Origin: Planctomycetota bacterium
GTDB lineage: Bacteria > Planctomycetota > PLA2 > JAEUHO01
Length of the DNA stretch: 64,000 bases
Direction: 5' to 3'
Assembly (NCBI GenBank): GCA_965222115.1
Contig: CBDCTJ010000007.1
Location: forward strand, 1,632,001 to 1,696,000
Shown here: piece by piece, positions 39,263 to 50,387 of the stretch
Layout: every line of letters starts with the position of its first letter
How positions within the stretch are numbered: position 1 is the first letter of the stretch
The notes under the pieces: model-generated
Told to the model about the DNA's origin: nothing
The model's database searches: none
The model's input: only the letters and a program-made list of their open reading frames with translations
Made by a program: the position numbers and the translations under genes

Positions 39263-40045
39263 ATGCCCGCATCGAAGGACCCTTCGCTGCAGAACGAGTT
39301 GGGACGGATCTTTCGCATTCGCGGACGGGCGTTGGCATGGCGTCATGCACTGCGACTGCACTTCGTCATTCTGATTGCTGCGTGTGTGCTTGCCTTCGTG
39401 AGCCGTGTGTTTACGCCGCTCCCCGGCCTTGAGTTGCTTCACGGACGATGGATTCCCACCATGTTCGTCGCGTTTGGGCTGCTCGTCTTGCTCTACGCGC
39501 TCCATGCGTTGTTGCGCCTCATCTATCGCATGGCTACCAAGCGGGATGCCGAGCTACTTGCCTCGCGTTTGGAGAAGCGATTCAAGTGGAACGAGGATGC
39601 GACAACGGCGTTGGCACTGGATCACCAGGAGTGCGATGGTCCGATTGCCAGATTTTTGTTGGCATCAACAGCCGGTCGGCTCCGAGCGATTCACGCATCC
39701 AAACTCTGGCCACTGTCGCGACGCATGCCGTGGATCCGCGGCTTCCTTGTGATTTGCTTCGCATTCATTTTGCTTGGGCCCGGGGTCGATGGACTGCGCG
39801 CGCGAATGGGCATCGGTCGCGGTGAACCCGCTGGAATTGGTGCCACGGATAGCGATCCCGAAGCTGGAGCGCCGCAAGCATTCCCCATGGCTACGTGGTT
39901 GCGCCTGTTCGTGGAGGAACCGGTTCGTGTAGAACCGCTGCCTCCGGAGAACGAGCCTCCCAAGAACGAGCCAGACATCGACGCACCCAACACCGATACA
40001 CCCAACAGCGACACGTCAAACACCAACGCAAAGGAAGCGAAATGA
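39263..40045 (+). CDS. Hypothetical membrane protein (BatA/DUF58 cluster)
   Basis: Two to three TM helices, low-complexity C-terminus, ATGA overlap with the next gene. Confidence 0.7.
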   Translation: MPASKDPSLQNELGRIFRIRGRALAWRHALRLHFVILIAACVLAFVSRVFTPLPGLELLHGRWIPTMFVAFGLLVLLYALHALLRLIYRMATKRDAELLASRLEKRFKWNEDATTALALDHQECDGPIARFLLASTAGRLRAIHASKLWPLSRRMPWIRGFLVICFAFILLGPGVDGLRARMGIGRGEPAGIGATDSDPEAGAPQAFPMATWLRLFVEEPVRVEPLPPENEPPKNEPDIDAPNTDTPNSDTSNTNAKEAK

Positions 40046-41373
40046 GGACGCTTACTGGTGTTGCAATCGTGTTTGTCTTCATGCTGAGTGCGCAAGCGCT
40101 GCGTGCCGAGGACGACGCACCGAGCACGGAGAACGTGACGTGGAAGAAGTCGCTTCGCGAGGCCTACCAAATCGCCAAACGCGAGCAGAAACCGTTATTC
40201 GTCGCGATGCACGAACCCACTGGAGCCACCAGTAGAGCATGGCCCGCAAGTGCGACCGGATGGGCGGCGCTCTATCGCCACCCGCGCGTCGTGAGTGAAC
40301 TCACGGCGTATGTCTGCGTGCAACAGATACGCAGCCCGGCATTGTTGCGGGGATTCCGAAGTGCGAGTGAAACACAGGGGGCGCCCTACTTAATGGTGCT
40401 TGACGCATCGCAGCGCGCGCTGGCACTCGAAGATCGTTGGACCGCGGCGCAAGGTGACGCAAGTGTTGAGGCACTCGTTTCCTTTCTGAGGACCGCGCGC
40501 CAACGTTACGAGACCCTGCAACTCGCGAAACCCGCCACGGACGAGCCGACAGAAGGTCGCGAAGAGGCGTCGCGTCGTGCACTTCCCCAAGCCGGTAGCA
40601 TTCTCAAACCCACGCCACTTTCAATGAAATCGCCTGCATTGCGGATTCATCTTCGGTGGAGCTTGCCCGCACCCGCCCTGCGCACACCGGGAGCAAAGAA
40701 TCCAGAGCGGTCAACGCGAACCAACGCTTCGCAGCGTGTTGGCGTAAATATGATGTGGGATGACCAAGGTCCGTTTGCACTCGAGCCGCTCACCATCACG
40801 CCCGGTGAAGCGATTGAGCACGCACTCGACATACGCCTCAACCGCATCGAGGCGTTGCAGCCGTTTCTCACGAAGGGCAAGCACGCGATCACGATATTTC
40901 TACGGGAGTTCGATGGGACGTCGTCCTTAGGGAATGCCCGCGTGCCCGTTGCACGCGTGTGGGTGGCGCTTGGCGAGGGAGGTGGTGGTGGCGGTGCACA
41001 GAATGAACCCACGCCCGACGAAAGGAACAAGGGTGAAGACGAGGCCGATAAGCCCATTCCCGATAAGGAGAACGAGAAGCCACCGCAGGTGGAACCGGAA
41101 GAAGAGCGCCAAGAGGTTGTCGATCCCTTCGTTCGCAACGACGAAACGGTCAAGAAGGACGATGCGATTGTTGCCGTTGAGGATGAGAACGCCGGTCTAA
41201 AGCAGCCCCAACCCGAGATCACGGAAGAACAGCTTCGTCAGTTTGAAGCCTTGCGCACCGCGGCGTTGCGCGATGGCCGTATCTCCAAATCGGAAGCGGA
41301 GTTTCTCGCGCGTTACTTTGCTGCGCTGAAGAAGCGAGCCACATCGAAGCCGCGCACAGGTGCGACCAAATGA
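40042..41373 (+). CDS. Exported thioredoxin-fold-like protein lacking CxxC, with acidic C-terminus
   Basis: Signal peptide (…SAQALRA|ED), TWKKSLREAYQIAKREQKPLFV, C-terminal FLARYF helix. Confidence 0.7.
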   Translation: MRTLTGVAIVFVFMLSAQALRAEDDAPSTENVTWKKSLREAYQIAKREQKPLFVAMHEPTGATSRAWPASATGWAALYRHPRVVSELTAYVCVQQIRSPALLRGFRSASETQGAPYLMVLDASQRALALEDRWTAAQGDASVEALVSFLRTARQRYETLQLAKPATDEPTEGREEASRRALPQAGSILKPTPLSMKSPALRIHLRWSLPAPALRTPGAKNPERSTRTNASQRVGVNMMWDDQGPFALEPLTITPGEAIEHALDIRLNRIEALQPFLTKGKHAITIFLREFDGTSSLGNARVPVARVWVALGEGGGGGGAQNEPTPDERNKGEDEADKPIPDKENEKPPQVEPEEERQEVVDPFVRNDETVKKDDAIVAVEDENAGLKQPQPEITEEQLRQFEALRTAALRDGRISKSEAEFLARYFAALKKRATSKPRTGATK

Positions 41374-42245
41374 GAGGCGCACCGCTATTCACACCCGACG
41401 AGTTGGCGCGCCTCAACCGATTGCGAGCGCGAAAACGCCGAATGACGCCCGCCACCTACGCCGGGGATTGGCGCAGCGATCGGTTTGGCTCCAGCGGGTT
41501 ATTTGCCGACTACCGCGACTACGTTGTGGGCGACGATCTGCGGCATGTGGATTGGAACGTGTACGCGCGCCTCGGCGACTTGGTCGTCAAACGATACGAG
41601 GCCATGGAGAGCGCCGAACTCGTCATGCTCGTGGATCGTAGCAGTTCCATGCTGCCCGCCCGTGCGCGCATGGCGCGCCGACTTGCTGGTGCGATTGGCT
41701 ATATCGCATTGGCCCACATGGATCAAGTGCAGTTGTCATGGATGCCCACGGATGGCACGCGCGTGCGTGAGCGATTCCGTGGTCGGCGCGCGGGCGCGTC
41801 GTTTCTGAAGGCGCTTGCTGCGCCAAGGAACGACGGCGCTACGGATCACGCAACCACAGTTCGGCGAGTCATCCCAAGTGTCAAGCGTCAGGCGATGGCC
41901 ATTGTGTTATCGGATTTCTATGATCCTCACCACACAACGGCCGCACTTGCTCGCCTTCATGCGCGTGGGCTAGACGTCGTCGCATTGCACCTGACAGACC
42001 GCAGCGATGTCGATTTCCAAATTGGCGACTCGCTGCGCATCACCGATGCGGAGACGGGTGAGACGCTTCGTGTGGATGTCACCGATGTGTTCTTGGATGC
42101 ACTGCAAGCGTCGTGGCGACGACGCGCCGAGTCATTGCAGCGTTGGTGTGTTGAACGCGAGATCGCCTACCAACCCATTGACGTCCACGGATCGTTGTGG
42201 GACGCCTTGCGAAACCTTCGCGACCGCGGAATTGCCCTCTCGTGA
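41370..42245 (+). CDS. DUF58 domain protein
   Basis: FADYRDYVVGDDLRHVDWNVYARL, LVDRSSSM, VLSDFYD, DAETGE. Confidence 0.92.
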   Translation: MRGAPLFTPDELARLNRLRARKRRMTPATYAGDWRSDRFGSSGLFADYRDYVVGDDLRHVDWNVYARLGDLVVKRYEAMESAELVMLVDRSSSMLPARARMARRLAGAIGYIALAHMDQVQLSWMPTDGTRVRERFRGRRAGASFLKALAAPRNDGATDHATTVRRVIPSVKRQAMAIVLSDFYDPHHTTAALARLHARGLDVVALHLTDRSDVDFQIGDSLRITDAETGETLRVDVTDVFLDALQASWRRRAESLQRWCVEREIAYQPIDVHGSLWDALRNLRDRGIALS

Positions 42246-44200
42246 TTGCGCTCGGGCCCGCATTTGATTTGACACGGCCGTGGGCACTGTGGGGTCTACT
42301 ACTTGCCGTCCCCATTGTGTTGCTGCACCTCTACTTTCGCCGTCGAAAGCGCCAAACGGTTGCATTCCTGCCGCTATTTCGCGAGAGCCTGATTCAGACG
42401 AAGGACCTTCGGCGATGGCGACGCCTTCGCGACACGATGACGCTCGTCGCACGGCTTGGTGCGCTTGCATGCTTCGTTCTTGCACTTGCGGGGATACGAC
42501 CCATCACGTCAAAGTCGGTTCCCGAAGCGCTCGCGCTCGTGATCGACGCAGATATCACTACACGCGCCATAGAGAACGACGATCGTTCGCGTTATCGGCA
42601 CGCGCTCGATCGCGCGCGGGCATGGGTCGATGCCCAACCCGCCGTAGGCGGGCAAAATCGGTTTGCCGCACCGGTACTTGCTGTGCTTGCCCACGCGCCC
42701 TGTCGAGTCTGCATGGGACCGACGCGCGATCGTGGCGATGCGTTGCGTGAACTTGACAAACTTGCCAACGACGAACCCGCTTCTTTGACCACGTCGATTC
42801 GCGCGGCGACGTCGCTGGCCAATACATGGCTTACGAAACAAGAGCGCGGGCGTTTGGTCGTACTGACGAGTCGATCGATCGATGACGCGGGGGACATGCG
42901 TCCGGTGCCACGCGTCGTGGAGGGCATAGGGATTGCTCGGAACGACGCGGGGATTGAGGATCTCAGTTGGCAGCGTGATACAGAAAATTGGAAGGATCAG
43001 CTCGATGTGCGTGTCGCCTACTTTGGAACGACTTCTGCATCGTTTAAGGTGGGCGCGTATGCAGGCGAGAAAGCGCTTATAGAGCGTACAGTTGCATTTG
43101 ACGCACCGGGTCGTCAACGTCTAGAGCTTTCATTCGACCCTCCCGACGAAGAACAATGGGTGGACGTGCGGGTAGCGCTTGAGAATGACTGCTTCAGCTC
43201 GAACGATGTAGTGAGTTACTACTCGCCCGCACCGCGACGCCCAAGCCTACTGATCGTGCAGGACGGACGACCGCGTTGGTTCGTGGCGGCCGCGCGTGAT
43301 GCGCTCATCGAAGGCAAGGAGATTGACCTCGCAATGAGCGGCAGCGTGTCGCCCGAAAAACTTGCGCGCGCCGCGCCCCGCACCGTTGCCTTGATCGATG
43401 GCGTGCCACTTCCCAACGAAGCGTTGAGACCCGGGGCCTACATCTTTCTGGCGCCGTTCTCAGGTGCGCTGCCGTTTGAAGTGGGCAGAGACGTACAAGC
43501 GCCTCTGGTGTGGCGCACCGATGCCGATCACCCGCTCATGTTCGGCCTCGACTTCACCCGCACGTTCGCCGCGAAGGCCACCACCCTTCACGGCAAGGGA
43601 CTGCGCGCCTTGGCCTACGCCGAGGGACAGCCCGTCATTGCGGAGGGGGAGCGCGATGGCACTCGCTATGCCGCGCTCGGCATCCATCCCGAGAAATCGC
43701 TCCTCCCAATGCGTGCAGCGCTCCCGCTGTGGATTCGTAAGGCCGTGGATCGGCTTGGTGTGACGGATCGAGCGCCGTTCCGGCCGCTATACAAGACGGG
43801 GGATGTGGTGCGTCCCGAGGTGGACATTGGTTTTGCCGACGCGCGCATCGAAACGGTTGCTCCCGGGATGAATCCAAATCCGTCAGCGTTGCGAGCTGTA
43901 TTGAGTGCTGAATCGGCGTGGCGCATTCCCGTCGGTTTGCGTGGCAAATTTCAGGCTCGTGTATCCGATCGCGCATTTCCCTTCGGTGTGCTGGAGGTGG
44001 ATCCGCACCGCACCGTTGTGCCGACCCGACCGACGACGGCCATGCCTGGGCCCGCGTCCCCCGCGCCCGCTTCCCGCGCGAAACTCTGGCGACGCCTGTT
44101 GCTTGGTGCGGGGTTGACGTTGCTCGTGCTCGATTTGCTACTGACGATTACGGGACTGCGCCGCGAGCGGCGCCTCCGCATGCGTGTTGCCGCCGCGTAA
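42242..44200 (+). CDS. BatA/vWA-like domain membrane protein
   Basis: PWALWGLLLAVPIVLLHLYFRRR BatA N-terminus; C-terminal TM; GTGA overlap. Confidence 0.82.
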   Translation: MIALGPAFDLTRPWALWGLLLAVPIVLLHLYFRRRKRQTVAFLPLFRESLIQTKDLRRWRRLRDTMTLVARLGALACFVLALAGIRPITSKSVPEALALVIDADITTRAIENDDRSRYRHALDRARAWVDAQPAVGGQNRFAAPVLAVLAHAPCRVCMGPTRDRGDALRELDKLANDEPASLTTSIRAATSLANTWLTKQERGRLVVLTSRSIDDAGDMRPVPRVVEGIGIARNDAGIEDLSWQRDTENWKDQLDVRVAYFGTTSASFKVGAYAGEKALIERTVAFDAPGRQRLELSFDPPDEEQWVDVRVALENDCFSSNDVVSYYSPAPRRPSLLIVQDGRPRWFVAAARDALIEGKEIDLAMSGSVSPEKLARAAPRTVALIDGVPLPNEALRPGAYIFLAPFSGALPFEVGRDVQAPLVWRTDADHPLMFGLDFTRTFAAKATTLHGKGLRALAYAEGQPVIAEGERDGTRYAALGIHPEKSLLPMRAALPLWIRKAVDRLGVTDRAPFRPLYKTGDVVRPEVDIGFADARIETVAPGMNPNPSALRAVLSAESAWRIPVGLRGKFQARVSDRAFPFGVLEVDPHRTVVPTRPTTAMPGPASPAPASRAKLWRRLLLGAGLTLLVLDLLLTITGLRRERRLRMRVAAA

Positions 44201-44251
44201 AGCGCCCGTTCTGCTTCTTGACATGGCCCGCGCCTCTGCATTGAATGGGAT

Positions 44252-45712
44252 ATGGAAACGCGCATACTCACGACCGCACTCACGTTTGACGACGTACTTC
44301 TTGTTCCGCTGCACAGTGCCGTTACGCCCGACTTGGCGCAGCTCCGCACGCGCTTTTCGCGTCGCGTCAATCTAAACATCCCGCTTGTCTCCGCGGCGAT
44401 GGACACCGTCACCGAAAGTGAAATGGCGATTGGTCTTGCACGCCTCGGCGGCCTCGGCGTCATTCACAAGAACCTTTCACCGGTGGATCAGGCCCGCGAA
44501 GTGCATTTGGTCAAGCGCAGTGTGAATGGCGTGATTGCCGATCCGGTCACATTGCCGCCCGACGCGCCAATCGAGCGTGCGCGCGAACTGATGGACGTGC
44601 ACCGCATTAGCGGCATTCCTATTGTGGAAGGCGCGCGCGTCGTTGGCATTCTCACGAGCCGCGACCTCAAGTTCATCAAGGACGTATCGCTGGTCTCTGA
44701 AGTCATGACGAAGGACGACTTGGTCACGGCATCGCCCGACACCGACCTTCAGAAGGCGCGTGATTTGCTTCAGCAGGCTAAAGTCGAGAAGCTCTTGCTG
44801 GTCGATGGCAATCAAAGGCTTCACGGCCTAATTACGATTCGCGACCTCGACAACTTGAGTCGTTATCCGGAAGCCAACTTGGATCCCAAGGGGCGGCTGA
44901 TTGCCGGGGCGGCCGTTGGCGTGATGGACGACGAACGCGTTGCCAAACTCGTGGATGCCCACGTGGATGTTGTGATTGTGGATACGGCCCACGGCCACTC
45001 CGACAACGTGATTGGCGCGGTAAAGCGCTACAAGGCGGCACACCCCAATATTGACGTCGTAGCGGGCAATGTGGGCACGTCGGAAGCCACCAAGGTGCTC
45101 ATTGACGCTGGGGCCGACGCCGTCAAAGTAGGAATCGGACCGGGAAGCATATGCACCACGCGTATTGTTGCGGGTTGTGGCGTGCCGCAACTCAGCGCTG
45201 TGGCGGCAGCGGCTTCGGTCGCACACGAGGCGGGCGTTCCGATTATTGCCGATGGGGGCATTCGCTTTAGCGGCGATGCGGTCAAAGCGCTCGCGGTGGG
45301 CGCGTCTTGCGTCATGCTTGGTGGACTATTTGCCGGTACCGATGAAAGTCCGGGTGAGTTGATCTATTACCAAGGCCGCACATTCAAGAGTGTGCGTGGC
45401 ATGGGGAGCATTGGCGCCATGATGGCGGGTAGCGCAGACCGCTATCAACAAGGCAGCACCACACAGCGCGAAAAATTCGTGCCGGAAGGCGTTGAAGGCC
45501 GTGTGCCCTACAAGGGAAGCCTCGCCAACTTTGCCTACCAAATGACCGGCGGTATTCGAAGTGGCATGGGCTACAGCGGTTGCGCCACGATTGAAGAACT
45601 GTGGACCAAGGCGCGCTTCGTGCGTGTGACCTCGGCGGGTGTGCGCGAGAGCCATCCCCACGACATCGCCATCACGCGCGAGTCGCCCAACTACATGGTG
45701 GAGCATCCCTAA
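44252..45712 (+). CDS. guaB: IMP dehydrogenase with CBS pair
   Basis: [57 protein letters not shown]. Confidence 0.98.
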   Translation: METRILTTALTFDDVLLVPLHSAVTPDLAQLRTRFSRRVNLNIPLVSAAMDTVTESEMAIGLARLGGLGVIHKNLSPVDQAREVHLVKRSVNGVIADPVTLPPDAPIERARELMDVHRISGIPIVEGARVVGILTSRDLKFIKDVSLVSEVMTKDDLVTASPDTDLQKARDLLQQAKVEKLLLVDGNQRLHGLITIRDLDNLSRYPEANLDPKGRLIAGAAVGVMDDERVAKLVDAHVDVVIVDTAHGHSDNVIGAVKRYKAAHPNIDVVAGNVGTSEATKVLIDAGADAVKVGIGPGSICTTRIVAGCGVPQLSAVAAAASVAHEAGVPIIADGGIRFSGDAVKALAVGASCVMLGGLFAGTDESPGELIYYQGRTFKSVRGMGSIGAMMAGSADRYQQGSTTQREKFVPEGVEGRVPYKGSLANFAYQMTGGIRSGMGYSGCATIEELWTKARFVRVTSAGVRESHPHDIAITRESPNYMVEHP

Positions 45713-47256
45713 TGCACCAACGTTTTTTGGTCGTTGATTTTGGAAGTCAATACGCCCAGTTGATCGCCCGACGTGTGCGAGAACTTCGTTGCCTTGCTGA
45801 GATCGTCATGCCATCCAACCTCGCGGAAGCCATGGCATCCGACGATGTGCAGGGTGTCATCTTCTCGGGAAGTCCTTGGAGTGCCTACGCCAAGGAAGCG
45901 CCCAGGGTTCCGGTCGATGTGTTCGATCGCGGAAAGCCCATTTTGGGTATTTGCTATGGCATGCAGCTAACGACGCACCTCTTGGGCGGCAAAGTGGCCG
46001 GTGCGCAGTCGCGCGAATATGGCCCCGCCTCCATCACGATCACAAACGGCAGCGATCCACTGTTCGAAGGGCTGGGCTCGACCATGGATGTGTGGATGAG
46101 TCACGGCGATCGCGTAGAGACGCTTCCTGAGGGATTCATGCCGCTCGCATCCACCGACAATGCGCCGCAAGCCGCGTGCCGTCACAACGATCGACCCATC
46201 TACGGCGTTCAGTTTCATCCCGAAGTTACCCACACCCCCCGTGGCACCGAGTTGTTGCGCAACTTCTTGTTTGGCGTTTGCGGTGCGAAGGGCGACTGGA
46301 CCATGAAGTCCTACGTCGAGGAGGCCACGGCGGCCATCCGCGAGAAGGTCGCGAGTGATGAGCAGGTCATTTGTGGACTCAGTGGTGGCGTTGACTCGAC
46401 GGTGGCGGCCGTGCTGATTCATCGAGCCATTGGCGATCGATTGACGTGCATCTTTGTTGACAATGGCATGTTGCGTAAGGGTGAGGCCGACGAAGTCGTC
46501 GAGGCATTTCGCGGCAAGTACAAGATTCCGCTACGCCATATCGATGCGCGATCGCGATTCTTAGATCAACTCAAGGATGTCGAGGATCCCGAGGTCAAAC
46601 GCAAGCGCATTGGCCACGTATTTGTAGATGTCTTTGCCGACGAAGCGAAAACAGTCGAGAATGCGGCGTGGTTGGCACAGGGCACGCTCTATCCCGATGT
46701 GATTGAAAGTCAGAGCGCATTCGGTGGTGCCAGCCAAACGATCAAGACGCATCACAATGTGGGCGGGCTGCCCGAGAAGCTCGGATTCAAATTACTGGAA
46801 CCCTTCCGGGATCTCTTCAAGGATGAAGTCCGCGAGATTGGTCGTGAGCTCGGCGTGCCCGACTTGTTTGTCGAGCGTCAGCCGTTTCCGGGTCCGGGTC
46901 TCGCGGTACGCATTACGGGTGACGTCAGTGAGCCGCGTTTGGCCATACTGCGTGAAGCCGATGCCATCGTTCGCGAAGAGATTGAAGCCGAAGAACTCCA
47001 CAAAGACCTCTGGCAGTACTTCGCCGTTTTGCTGCCGATCAACACCGTCGGCGTGATGGGCGACGAGCGAACCTACGAGCACGTGATTGCAGTACGCGCG
47101 GTTACCAGCGTGGATGCAATGACTGCGGATTGGGCCGACTTACCTCGCGGAACGCTTGCACGCATGAGCAATCGCATTATCAACGAGGTGCGTGGTGTGA
47201 ATCGCGTGGTCTACGACATCAGTACCAAGCCGCCGTCCACCATTGAGTGGGAATGA
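45712..47256 (+). CDS. guaA: GMP synthase (glutamine-hydrolysing)
   Basis: [53 protein letters not shown]; TAATG coupling to guaB. Confidence 0.98.
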   Translation: MHQRFLVVDFGSQYAQLIARRVRELRCLAEIVMPSNLAEAMASDDVQGVIFSGSPWSAYAKEAPRVPVDVFDRGKPILGICYGMQLTTHLLGGKVAGAQSREYGPASITITNGSDPLFEGLGSTMDVWMSHGDRVETLPEGFMPLASTDNAPQAACRHNDRPIYGVQFHPEVTHTPRGTELLRNFLFGVCGAKGDWTMKSYVEEATAAIREKVASDEQVICGLSGGVDSTVAAVLIHRAIGDRLTCIFVDNGMLRKGEADEVVEAFRGKYKIPLRHIDARSRFLDQLKDVEDPEVKRKRIGHVFVDVFADEAKTVENAAWLAQGTLYPDVIESQSAFGGASQTIKTHHNVGGLPEKLGFKLLEPFRDLFKDEVREIGRELGVPDLFVERQPFPGPGLAVRITGDVSEPRLAILREADAIVREEIEAEELHKDLWQYFAVLLPINTVGVMGDERTYEHVIAVRAVTSVDAMTADWADLPRGTLARMSNRIINEVRGVNRVVYDISTKPPSTIEWE

Positions 47257-48221
47257 CGCACATGCGCGGGCGTGCCGTCACGCTGGCTGACATTGAGTCT
47301 GCCGCCGAGCGAATCGCGGGTTTCGCGTTGAAGACACCATTCGTGCGACTCGGTGCACTCGATGGCCGCGTTTATCTAAAGTGCGAAAACCTGCAGCACG
47401 TAGGTGCATTCAAGTATCGCGGCGCTACCAATGCCGTGCAGCGCTTGAGCAACGAGGATGCAGCGCGCGGCGTATTGACTCACAGTTCCGGAAATCACGC
47501 GCAGGCACTGGCCTTGGCGGCGAAGAAGCGCGACATTCACGCCTGGATTGTGATGCCGGAAAACGCTCCTGAGATCAAACGCGCAGGTGTGATTCGCTAT
47601 GGAGGCGAAGTCATCTCGTGCGAGTCCACCGTGGAAGCGCGTGAGCAAACGGCCCGTGAACTGTTGGCGAAGACGGGCGCTGTGTTCATCCACCCCTACG
47701 ACAATGACGCGATCATTGCGGGGCAGGGAACAACAGCGCTTGAGATGTTGGATCAAGCAAGCGCGTTGGGAGAGCAGCTCGATGCCGTGCTGGTTCCCGT
47801 TGGTGGTGGGGGACTCGCCAGTGGCGTGTCGACTGCTCTCAAAGAACGAGCACCACGTATCGACATATGGGGCGTGGAGCCCGAAGGCGCCGACGACGCG
47901 CGTCGCACGTTAGAACAGGAACGCATTGTCCCCGTAACCGAGTTGCCCGGCGGCAGTGCCAACACCATCTGCGACGGGCTGCGAACGAGCCTCTGCTCGC
48001 GCACCTTTCGTATTCTTCGCGAGAACCTGAGCGGCATTCTGACCGTGTCGGATAGTACCGTTCGATCCGCTATGGACCTACTGCTCGATGCAAACGACTT
48101 GACTGTGGAGCCTTCTGGTGCCGTGTGTGTGGCCGCGCTCATAGAGCACAGCGATCGTTTCAAGGATCGATGCGTGGCGGTGGTGTTGAGTGGGGGGAAT
48201 GTGGCGCCGAAATCAGGCTAG
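47253..48221 (+). CDS. PLP-dependent serine/threonine dehydratase or serine racemase family
   Basis: [30 protein letters not shown]...IAGQGT, PVGGGGL, VEPSGA, LSGGN. Confidence 0.92.
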   Translation: MTHMRGRAVTLADIESAAERIAGFALKTPFVRLGALDGRVYLKCENLQHVGAFKYRGATNAVQRLSNEDAARGVLTHSSGNHAQALALAAKKRDIHAWIVMPENAPEIKRAGVIRYGGEVISCESTVEAREQTARELLAKTGAVFIHPYDNDAIIAGQGTTALEMLDQASALGEQLDAVLVPVGGGGLASGVSTALKERAPRIDIWGVEPEGADDARRTLEQERIVPVTELPGGSANTICDGLRTSLCSRTFRILRENLSGILTVSDSTVRSAMDLLLDANDLTVEPSGAVCVAALIEHSDRFKDRCVAVVLSGGNVAPKSG

Positions 48222-49622
48222 CTAGCCGCCGCCATTGTCTTCCACGCCCACCCGATCCTTCCCCTCGCGCTTGGCGTGCGAGAGGGCGCGGTCGGTGCGT
48301 CGAAGGACGGTGTCGAGTTCGTGGAGTTCGGAGGGATCAAAGGATGCGACGCCTGCGCTCACCGTGCATGTGAGTTCCTCGCCGCGGTAGTCGAGTACGC
48401 TGCTTCGCACGGCGCGTCGAACGCGGTTGGCGGCCGCTTGTGCTTCTTCGAGACCAATGCCGGGTGTGATGACCAAAAACTCATCGCCGCCGATGCGTCC
48501 TACGATGTCTTGGCCGCGCACGGACTGTTCGAGAACGTCGGCGATGTGACGCAGAAGCGCGTCGCCCGCGTCGTGGCCCATGGAGTCGTTGACGCGCTTG
48601 AAGTAGTCGCAATCGAGCAGAATGGCCGACGCGCGCGCGCCGCGGATACGACTGAGTCCGTCGGCCAATGACGAAAGTTCCTGTTCCAACCCGCGACGAT
48701 TCAGTTTGCCGGTCAGTGCGTCGTGGCGTGACTCGCGACGCAGGGCGTCGGCTCGCTTCATAAGTTCACGGCGCGCGCCGCGCTCGCGAGTAATGTCTAC
48801 GGCGAGCGCACCGACCTGTGAGACGTCGCCGGACTCGTTTTCGATGGGAAACGTGCGAATGCTCATCCAACGCGCACCGGTGTGGTCACGAAGTTCGACT
48901 TCGACGGTGGTTGGCATGGCATCAAATGCGCGTTGAAAGGCCCGCAGCACGGTGCCGCGATCCAGTTCCGTGATGCGGTCGTAGAATTGGGCGGCATCTT
49001 CGTATAACGATTCGCGCTTGACGCCCCACGTGTCTTCAAATTGCTGATTGGCGTAGTGAAACGTGCCCGTTTGGCGGTCGCATACGACCACTACCTCGTT
49101 CATCTGTTCGGCGAGCTCTCGAAACGCTTGTCCCCGTGCGGCCAAGAGAGCGTGGCCCAGCGGTGAGGGAGAAATGAACGAGACCATGAGTAGCGCGGCG
49201 GGTCGGCCTTTGGTTCGTTCCTGTCCGGGAAACGAACGAATGAGCATGCCTTCGCCCTCTTCGCACTCGAGAATGGCGTCGATCACATCATCGGAGGCAA
49301 GGGAACGTCTCACGGCGCGCGCACAGCTCGTTCCACGGAGTCCGAGACCGAGTTCGTCCAACACACCGCCAACATGTTTGGGTCGCAGTCCGAGCAACTT
49401 GCTTGCGCCCGCGGTGAAGTTCAATACGCGGCATGCGCCGTCGAGTGACACCAACGCCAATCCCGAGACGTGCAATGCGTCGGACCACGAAACGTGAGCC
49501 TCGGTCTCGCGCCGCTCCCGATGCTTGAGACGGCGCACAAGTGCGCGCAGGCGTGCATTTTCATCGCGCAGTCGCTGCGTTTCAGATTGCGACGGGGATT
49601 GAGGTGGTTGGGAGGCGTTCAC
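48222..49622 (-). CDS. PAS-domain diguanylate cyclase
   Basis: Coiled coil, two PAS-like domains, HDALTGKLNRR, DCDYFKRVND, RxxD I-site (RGQD), GGDEF. Confidence 0.93.
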   Translation of the reverse strand: MNASQPPQSPSQSETQRLRDENARLRALVRRLKHRERRETEAHVSWSDALHVSGLALVSLDGACRVLNFTAGASKLLGLRPKHVGGVLDELGLGLRGTSCARAVRRSLASDDVIDAILECEEGEGMLIRSFPGQERTKGRPAALLMVSFISPSPLGHALLAARGQAFRELAEQMNEVVVVCDRQTGTFHYANQQFEDTWGVKRESLYEDAAQFYDRITELDRGTVLRAFQRAFDAMPTTVEVELRDHTGARWMSIRTFPIENESGDVSQVGALAVDITRERGARRELMKRADALRRESRHDALTGKLNRRGLEQELSSLADGLSRIRGARASAILLDCDYFKRVNDSMGHDAGDALLRHIADVLEQSVRGQDIVGRIGGDEFLVITPGIGLEEAQAAANRVRRAVRSSVLDYRGEELTCTVSAGVASFDPSELHELDTVLRRTDRALSHAKREGKDRVGVEDNGGG

Positions 49623-49669
49623 TGCCCAAGGTTACACAGACCCCGCGGCGGCTCAATCCCCGCGACCCC

Positions 49670-50239
49670 TCAATCTCCGCGAACGGTGCGCTCGGGGGGT
49701 CGAATAAATGCGTCGCGGTAGTACTGCAATTCGGCCAATGACTCTCGAATGTCGGCGAGGGCTTCATGACTGCCCGCCTTTTTAGGCGGGTCATAGGCGT
49801 GGGGGTACCAACGCCGTAACAACTCCTTCATGGTCGAGACATCGACGTTTCGATAGTGAAGCCAGTCGTGTACATCGCGCATATGGCGATAGAGAAACTG
49901 GCGATCGGTATGAATGGAGTTGCCGCAAAGTGGCGCCGTGCGTTTCGTGCAGTGGCGTTTGATGAATTTGAGCGTCTGCGTCTCGGCGTCGGCCAACAAT
50001 ACGTTGGAGGCACGCACGCGATCCAGGAGCCCTGACTCCCCGAAATGCTCGGCACTCCAATCGGACAGCGATTCAAGCTCGTTTTCGGAGTTGTGAATGA
50101 CCAGACATGGCCCCTCTTCAATCGGTCGAAGCTGGCTGTCCGTAATCAGTGTGGCGATCTCGAGAATGAAGCAGCGATCCGGGTCGAGCCCGGTCATCTC
50201 CAGGTCGATCCAAACTAGTTTGTCGTCGGTGCGGGGCAT
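49670..50239 (-). CDS. orn: Oligoribonuclease
   Basis: LVWIDLEMTGLDP, ILEIATLITD, PLCGNSIHTDRQFL, HYRNVDVST, HEALADIRES. Confidence 0.96.
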   Translation of the reverse strand: MPRTDDKLVWIDLEMTGLDPDRCFILEIATLITDSQLRPIEEGPCLVIHNSENELESLSDWSAEHFGESGLLDRVRASNVLLADAETQTLKFIKRHCTKRTAPLCGNSIHTDRQFLYRHMRDVHDWLHYRNVDVSTMKELLRRWYPHAYDPPKKAGSHEALADIRESLAELQYYRDAFIRPPERTVRGD

Positions 50240-50387
50240 GGGGGGAGGGTAGGGGCGACTGTGGGCCTGTAAAAGCAAAGTCGCAACGACGGCGACGTGC
50301 ACTTCTCTTCGAGGCTCGCGAGGCCTTGCACTGGCTTTGCAGGGAGGTGAGAATCCGCATCTCTGGTGAGATGTTGGAGACGCCGAC

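Noticed and set aside
39940-40030. Short degenerate repeats (PPENE/PPKNE, PNTDT/PNSDT)
   Set aside because: Low-complexity linker coding, not a CRISPR array or mobile repeat.
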